In this document: positions 58,630 through 64,000 of the stretch, in pieces
How positions within the stretch are numbered: position 1 is the stretch's first letter
Layout of the letters: every line of letters starts with the position of its first letter
From: Faecalimonas sp.
GTDB taxonomy: Bacteria > Bacillota > Clostridia > Lachnospirales > Lachnospiraceae
NCBI GenBank assembly: GCA_045659485.1
Contig: JAZOWZ010000067.1
Span: forward strand, 3,248 to 67,247
Reading direction: 5' to 3'
Length of the DNA stretch: 64,000 bases
Made by a program: the position numbers and the translations under genes
The notes under the pieces: generated by a model
The model's input: only the letters and a program-made list of their open reading frames with translations
Databases searched by the model: none
Told to the model about the DNA's origin: nothing

Positions 58630-60792
58630 TTAGTTCTCCTCTTCTTTTGACTGATACCCTTTGCGGAAAATCATATAAACAAGACCAAGTAGGGCCAAAA
58701 TCGCAACTACTGTGAAAATACCAAAATTTGCAGTTCCCACAAACAAACTACCTAATTGATATACCACCAAGGAAATGACATAGGCAAATCCACACATATA
58801 ACCGATGGTAATCACCGTCCATTTGATACTTCCCATTTCTCTTCTGATTGCTCCAATCGCCGCAAAACATGGTGCGCAAAGCAAGTTGAAAATCATAAAA
58901 CTATAAGCACTAATTGGGGTAAATTCTGCCTTGACTGCATCCCAAAGTTGCACACTTGTCTCGCCTACCTCTTCGCCAAAACCATACAGTGTACCAAAAG
59001 TCATAACCACTTCTTCCTTAGCAATGAGTCCAGTTGCAGTTGCAACAGTTGCCTTCCAAGCCATATCTCCCATCCAACCAAGTGGATAGAAAATCCACGC
59101 AAACAATTTTCCTATGTTAGCAAGCAAGGATACATTACTGTCATCCACGGCTCCGAAAACGCCATCTACAAATCCATAACTCTTTAAGAACCACAAAATA
59201 ATCGAACTCAATAACACGATGGTGGTTGCTCGTTTCACAAAATCCCATCCGCGCTCCCAAGTCGTGCGAAGCACATTACGCGGTGATGGCAAATGATACG
59301 CTGGCAATTCCATAACAAATGGAGCTGGTTTTCCTGAAAATGTCTTAAACTTTTTCAAAATCACACCTGAGATCACCACTGCTGCCGCACCAATCAAAAA
59401 GGCAGACACTGCAATCAACGGTGAATTTCCAAACAGCGCCCCTGCAAACAATCCGATAATCGGCATCTTTGCTCCACAAGGAATAAATCCCGTTGTCATA
59501 ACGGTAATCTTACGGTCATTTTCCTGCTCAATGGTACGACTCGATAAGATTCCTGGGACGCCACAGCCCGTTGCCACAATCATCGGAATGATTGATTTTC
59601 CCGAAAGACCAAACTTTCTCAGCAAACGGTCCATAATAAATGCAACCCTTGACATATATCCAATATCTTCTAAAAGCGAAAGCAAGAAGGAGAGCACCAA
59701 AATCTGTGGCACAAATCCAAGCACAGCTCCTACGCCACCCACAATACCGTCAATGACAAGGGACTCTAACCAGCCGCTTACACCTAGCATTTCAAATAAT
59801 CTGCCAAACAAATTAGGAACCCATTCTCCAAACAACACATCATTTGCCCAATCAGTTCCCATTGTGCCGATAGAAAACGGAAAGCTTCCCATGGCAATGG
59901 CATACATCAAAAACATAATACCAGCAAAAATCGGCAATGCCAGTATACGATTTGTCACAATACTATCCACTTTATCAGATAAACTCATAGCGTGACTTTT
60001 TGCTTTCTTCTTCACTGCTTTTCGTATTACGCTTTCAATATAATTATATCTTTGGTCTGCGATAATCGACTCTGCATCGTCGTCCATCTCTTTTTCGCAA
60101 TCCACAATATGTTCTTCCAAATGAGCAACCACTTCATCATCTAATTTCAATTCATTGTAGACTCTCTCATCTCGTTCAAACAGCTTAATTGCAAACCAAC
60201 GAAGGTAAGTTTTATCCACATGGTTCTCAATAGTTTCTTCGATATGCGCCAATGCATGCTCCACACTTCCGTTGAAAATATGTGGCATATCGCAATGGAT
60301 ATGATTTTCAGCAAGAGCAACCGTCTTCTCCGCTGCTTCTTTCGCGCCTTCACCTTTCAATGCACTGATTTCTATGCATTCGCATCCAAGGGCCTTTCCC
60401 AACTTTTCTAAATCAATAGAATCTCCGCGTTTGCGAACCAAATCAATCATATTTACTGCGATGACTACCGGATATCCAAGTTCAATCAATTGTGTTGTAA
60501 GATAGAGATTTCTCTCAATATTTGTTCCATCCACAATGTTTAAAATCGCATCTGGATGCTCTGTTACTAAATATCTACGAGTCACAACTTCTTCTGGCGA
60601 ATACGGTGACAACGAATAGATGCCTGGTAAATCTTGAATGGTGACATCTGGACGTCCTTTTAATTGGCCTTCCTTTTTCTCAACCGTAACACCCGGCCAA
60701 TTTCCCACATATTGATTCATACCAGTTAAATAATTAAACAGCGTGGTCTTTCCGCAATTCGGATTCCCCGCCAAGGCAATCTTGATACTCAT
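58630..60792 (-). CDS. feoB: ferrous iron transport protein B
   Basis: GNPNCGKTT, GNWPGVTVE, DLPGIYSL, NMID, GCGVP, PC gate motifs. Confidence 0.96.
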   Translation of the reverse strand: MSIKIALAGNPNCGKTTLFNYLTGMNQYVGNWPGVTVEKKEGQLKGRPDVTIQDLPGIYSLSPYSPEEVVTRRYLVTEHPDAILNIVDGTNIERNLYLTTQLIELGYPVVIAVNMIDLVRKRGDSIDLEKLGKALGCECIEISALKGEGAKEAAEKTVALAENHIHCDMPHIFNGSVEHALAHIEETIENHVDKTYLRWFAIKLFERDERVYNELKLDDEVVAHLEEHIVDCEKEMDDDAESIIADQRYNYIESVIRKAVKKKAKSHAMSLSDKVDSIVTNRILALPIFAGIMFLMYAIAMGSFPFSIGTMGTDWANDVLFGEWVPNLFGRLFEMLGVSGWLESLVIDGIVGGVGAVLGFVPQILVLSFLLSLLEDIGYMSRVAFIMDRLLRKFGLSGKSIIPMIVATGCGVPGILSSRTIEQENDRKITVMTTGFIPCGAKMPIIGLFAGALFGNSPLIAVSAFLIGAAAVVISGVILKKFKTFSGKPAPFVMELPAYHLPSPRNVLRTTWERGWDFVKRATTIVLLSSIILWFLKSYGFVDGVFGAVDDSNVSLLANIGKLFAWIFYPLGWMGDMAWKATVATATGLIAKEEVVMTFGTLYGFGEEVGETSVQLWDAVKAEFTPISAYSFMIFNLLCAPCFAAIGAIRREMGSIKWTVITIGYMCGFAYVISLVVYQLGSLFVGTANFGIFTVVAILALLGLVYMIFRKGYQSKEEEN

Positions 60793-60805
60793 CTTCTTTT
60801 CCTCT

Positions 60806-61027
60806 CTATTCCACTTCAATCATATCTGCATCTGCTTTTCGCAAGGTTAATTCATATCCGCGCAAATTTAATTCCATCGGGTCACCTAATGGTGCCACCT
60901 TACGCACATAGATTTCTACCCCTTTGGTAATTCCCATATCCATAATACGTCTTCGCACTGGTCCATCACCGTGAACCTTCACAACTGTTGTGGTCTGACC
61001 GACTTTAATATCTTTTAGAGTTTTCAT
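60806..61027 (-). CDS. feoA: ferrous iron transport protein A
   Basis: RRIMDMGITKG...APLGDP...LRK. Confidence 0.93.
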   Translation of the reverse strand: MKTLKDIKVGQTTTVVKVHGDGPVRRRIMDMGITKGVEIYVRKVAPLGDPMELNLRGYELTLRKADADMIEVE

Positions 61028-61051
61028 GAAAAATCTCCTTATCCATTTTTA

Positions 61052-61134
61052 GTTAGTTTTAACTAACCATTCGTCCTTAAGATATCCTTGGCCATCTAGC
61101 CAAGGATACTTTTGTTTGATTAGTTATGACTAAC
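61052..61134. promoter_or_regulatory. two DtxR-type operator palindromes upstream of feoA
   Basis: GTTAGTTTTAACTAAC (61052-61067) and ATTAGTTATGACTAAC (61119-61134); TTGACT-17-TATTCT promoter just upstream on the minus strand. Confidence 0.7.
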
Positions 61135-61192
61135 TCCTTTGAAAGAATAACATTAACATTCTCTATAGTCAAGCATTTTTTGGAATTTTTTT

Positions 61193-62086
61193 CTAATAAC
61201 CAAAATATTTGTCAATTCCATTTGCAATGCCTTGTGCCATATTGTGCTGTACCGTTTGGTCCTGCATCAATTGATCTTCTGCTGCATTACTCAAATAGCC
61301 CACTTCTAATATAATCACTGGAACCGTACTCCAATTCATTCCTGTCATCGTATCACTGACAAATACACCGCGACTACTGATTCCCGTTACTTTGCAGTAT
61401 TCGCTCAAGACATTGTTACCAAGCACCTTGCTGGCATTTGCTAAATGGCTGACATACGGGTTGTTTGGCCCAGGTACATAGACCTCCGCCCCACGTACAC
61501 TCTGATTGCTAGAACCATTTCCATGAATACGTACCGCAATATCTGCTTTTACAGTTTCCGCATACTCCGCACGTTCCTTATTACTAATATTCACTTCGTG
61601 CACACTTCGAGTCATATGTACTGTGTATCCTCGATTTTCTAACTCCGTCTTAAGTTTCAAACTAATGCTAAGATTCATCACATACTCGGGAACTTTTGTT
61701 GAAATTCCGGTTGCTCCACTCGTCACGCGGGCTTTCATAACTGTTGAACCCGGTCCATTGGGCTCTTTTGTGCTATCTCCTTCTAATTGGTGTCCTGGAT
61801 CTATCACAACCACAATTTGGTTCGGATTACGGTGCTGTCCCGGTATAGCTACCACTTTATTTACATTCGAAGGTGTCTGCTGTTCCGATTCTTGTTCTGA
61901 TTCTTTTTCTGGTTCTTCTATTACTTCTTCCTTTTCTTTCAGTTCTTCTTCCTTATCAGCATCTGGAATCACAACGGTTTCCTTATGTTCTTCTTTCTTT
62001 TCCTCTTTCTTATCTTTCACTATGCTCTTACTACATCCCACAAGTAAAACTGCAATAATCAAAACTGCAACCCACAATCTTCTCAT
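61193..62086 (-). CDS. N-acetylmuramoyl-L-alanine amidase (Amidase_3) lipoprotein
   Basis: LVGC lipobox; IDPGH, E..MNL, RIH-N, LEVGYLSN. Confidence 0.88.
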   Translation of the reverse strand: MRRLWVAVLIIAVLLVGCSKSIVKDKKEEKKEEHKETVVIPDADKEEELKEKEEVIEEPEKESEQESEQQTPSNVNKVVAIPGQHRNPNQIVVVIDPGHQLEGDSTKEPNGPGSTVMKARVTSGATGISTKVPEYVMNLSISLKLKTELENRGYTVHMTRSVHEVNISNKERAEYAETVKADIAVRIHGNGSSNQSVRGAEVYVPGPNNPYVSHLANASKVLGNNVLSEYCKVTGISSRGVFVSDTMTGMNWSTVPVIILEVGYLSNAAEDQLMQDQTVQHNMAQGIANGIDKYFGY

Positions 62087-62223
62087 ATCGTTGCTCCTTT
62101 ATCTGACTTTTTTCCAGTTTAACTCATTTCTTTATCAAATGACAAGATGAATTGTTGCCATATTCCATAAAACTCTTTATAATGTACACGTTAGATATAT
62201 ATTAAATAACCAGAGGAACGGAT

Positions 62224-63480
62224 ATGAACATACTAAAAGAAAAAGTAAAACAAACACTCAAATACGCGCCTGGATTTCTCCGACGGATGATTCTTTCTGT
62301 CATCATCGGATTGTTGGTTGGTGCTGTCGGAACCGCATTTGTAAAATGCCTAGGATTTGCCAACGGATTTCGCACCGAACATCCACAAATCATATTAGCA
62401 TTACCACTGGCTGGCTTAGCCATTGTATTTCTATATAAAATTTGTCGCTACGAAAATGACAAAGGAACTAACCAAGTGATTAAGGCCTTGCACGCAGAAG
62501 AACAAGTTCCATTTCGTATGGCTCCACTTATCTTCATCTCCACCATACTCACCCATATGTTTGGTGGTTCGGCTGGACGTGAGGGCGCAGCTCTTCAACT
62601 TGGTGGTAGCATCGGAAATCAGATTGGTCGTTGGTTCCACCTAGACGAAGAAGATACAGAGCTTATTGTAATGTGCGGTATGAGCGCTGCATTCTCATCT
62701 ATATTTGGAACACCTCTTGCAGCCGTTATCTTTGCTATGGAAGTAGGAAGTATTGGAATCATGCATTACGGTGCTTTTGTACCTTGTATGGTTTCCTCAT
62801 TAATCGGCTCTTCTTTAGCAACAGAATTAGGGGCTCATGCAGAGGCATTTGTGATTACCGAGCCACTGGATTTTGCTCTAGTTCCAGCGCTCAAAATTGC
62901 ACTACTTGGTGTCTGCTGTGCAATCATCAGTATTGTTTTCTGTCAACTATTACATACATCGGGGCACCTTTTGAAAAAATATTTTAAAAACGCTTATATT
63001 CGCATATTAGTTTCCAGCGTGTTAATCATAGGTCTTACAATTCTTCTACAGACAACTGCTTACAGCGGTGCGGGTGTAAACCTCATCGAAGAAGCATTTG
63101 CAGGAGAATCTCCAAAGATGGCTTTTATCTGGAAAATGTTATTTACCGCAATTACCTTGGGAGCCGGATTTAAAGGTGGAGAAATCGTTCCTTCCTTTAC
63201 CATCGGTGCTACTTTTGGTTGCCTCTTTGGAACAATCTTTGGATTGTCACCTTCTCTCTGTGCGGCTGTAGCTATGGTTTCCGTATTCTGCGGCGTGACC
63301 AACTGTCCGATTTCATCCCTGCTAATAGCCTTTGAACTATTTGGCTTTGGCTCTATGAAATACTTACTTATCGGTGTGGCAATCAGCTATATGCTTTCTG
63401 GATATAGTGGATTATATTCAGAGCAAACCATTATGTATTCAAAATTTAAATCAAAAACAATTAATGTGAAAACACATTAA
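62224..63480 (+). CDS. ClC/EriC family chloride channel protein
   Basis: GGSAGREGAALQ, FGTP, GFKGGEIVP, TNCP. Confidence 0.88.
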   Translation: MNILKEKVKQTLKYAPGFLRRMILSVIIGLLVGAVGTAFVKCLGFANGFRTEHPQIILALPLAGLAIVFLYKICRYENDKGTNQVIKALHAEEQVPFRMAPLIFISTILTHMFGGSAGREGAALQLGGSIGNQIGRWFHLDEEDTELIVMCGMSAAFSSIFGTPLAAVIFAMEVGSIGIMHYGAFVPCMVSSLIGSSLATELGAHAEAFVITEPLDFALVPALKIALLGVCCAIISIVFCQLLHTSGHLLKKYFKNAYIRILVSSVLIIGLTILLQTTAYSGAGVNLIEEAFAGESPKMAFIWKMLFTAITLGAGFKGGEIVPSFTIGATFGCLFGTIFGLSPSLCAAVAMVSVFCGVTNCPISSLLIAFELFGFGSMKYLLIGVAISYMLSGYSGLYSEQTIMYSKFKSKTINVKTH

Positions 63481-63483
63481 AAT

Positions 63484-63507
63484 AAGCCCGGAAAATTTCC
63501 GGGCTTT
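63484..63507. terminator. terminator between the convergent ClC and helicase genes
   Basis: AAGCCCGGAAA-A-TTTCCGGGCTT inverted repeat. Confidence 0.7.
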
Positions 63508-63509
63508 CA

Positions 63510-64000
63510 TTATGCCTCTACATCATACACATACAATTCATGCAATGCTCGCGTAGCACTAATATATTGATATTGTGAATAAAATGGATTCTCCTTCTCT
63601 CCCCCAAGTACAAACACTTGGTCAAACTCCAATCCCTTTGCAAGATAATAGGTCGTAACGGTCACTCCCTTTTTGAAAACTGAACTATCCCTGTCAATAT
63701 AAAAAACATCCTCTCGTTGCTGTTTCAAATATCGGTAAACTCTACGAGCCTCTTCTTCTGTCATCGTAAGAATCGCAACCGTCTCATAATGCTCTTTTCC
63801 AAGACAAATGTTTTTCAAAATTTCCTTTAGCGCTTCTTCTGAAGTAGCACATCTTATCTGCTCCACTGGTTTCCCGTGTCGCTCTAGATACTCCACATCT
63901 GTCGCACCATTAATCTTAGAAGCATACTGCGCAATCTCCAATGTGTTACGATAACTCTTGTGCATTTCAATTTCTCGGATTACACTTCCGAAGATTTTCG
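63510..64000 (-). CDS. UvrD/HelD-like SF1 helicase, C-terminal part (runs off window)
   Basis: SYRNT-EI, RHGKP, YLAKGLEFDQV, YISATRALHEL. Confidence 0.8.
   Translation of the reverse strand, partial: KIFGSVIREIEMHKSYRNTLEIAQYASKINGATDVEYLERHGKPVEQIRCATSEEALKEILKNICLGKEHYETVAILTMTEEEARRVYRYLKQQREDVFYIDRDSSVFKKGVTVTTYYLAKGLEFDQVFVLGGEKENPFYSQYQYISATRALHELYVYDVEA

Overview
This is a gene-dense, mostly minus-strand chromosomal window from a low-GC spore-forming Firmicute; gene content and order suggest Lachnospiraceae/Clostridia (inference). The housekeeping backbone has tRNA-Pro and tRNA-Gln, purC, dapF, an MBOAT/DHHW O-acyltransferase cluster, phoP/phoR, a Na/Pi cotransporter, spoIIAA-spoIIAB-sigF-spoVA, an LTA synthase, T-box-valS, putP, an Ala/Gly symporter, nth, feoAB with a DtxR-type regulator, an amidase and a ClC channel. 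An accessory region (~39.2-55.5 kb) abuts the 3' end of a GATase-less guaA. It carries hicAB, two copies of a 144-bp palindromic repeat, a candidate transposon-end remnant, a Septu-like ATPase+HNH pair, an AAA_14/DUF4143 ATPase bracketed by two matching 33-bp palindromes, an Avs2-like STAND ATPase, an orphan HEPN-like gene, and a small-enzyme array behind a leader-peptide attenuator. The most striking unexplained structure is a ~500-nt intergenic segment (28762-29262) that folds end-to-end into one bulged hairpin. All calls come from reading motifs by eye; no searches or folding programs were run.
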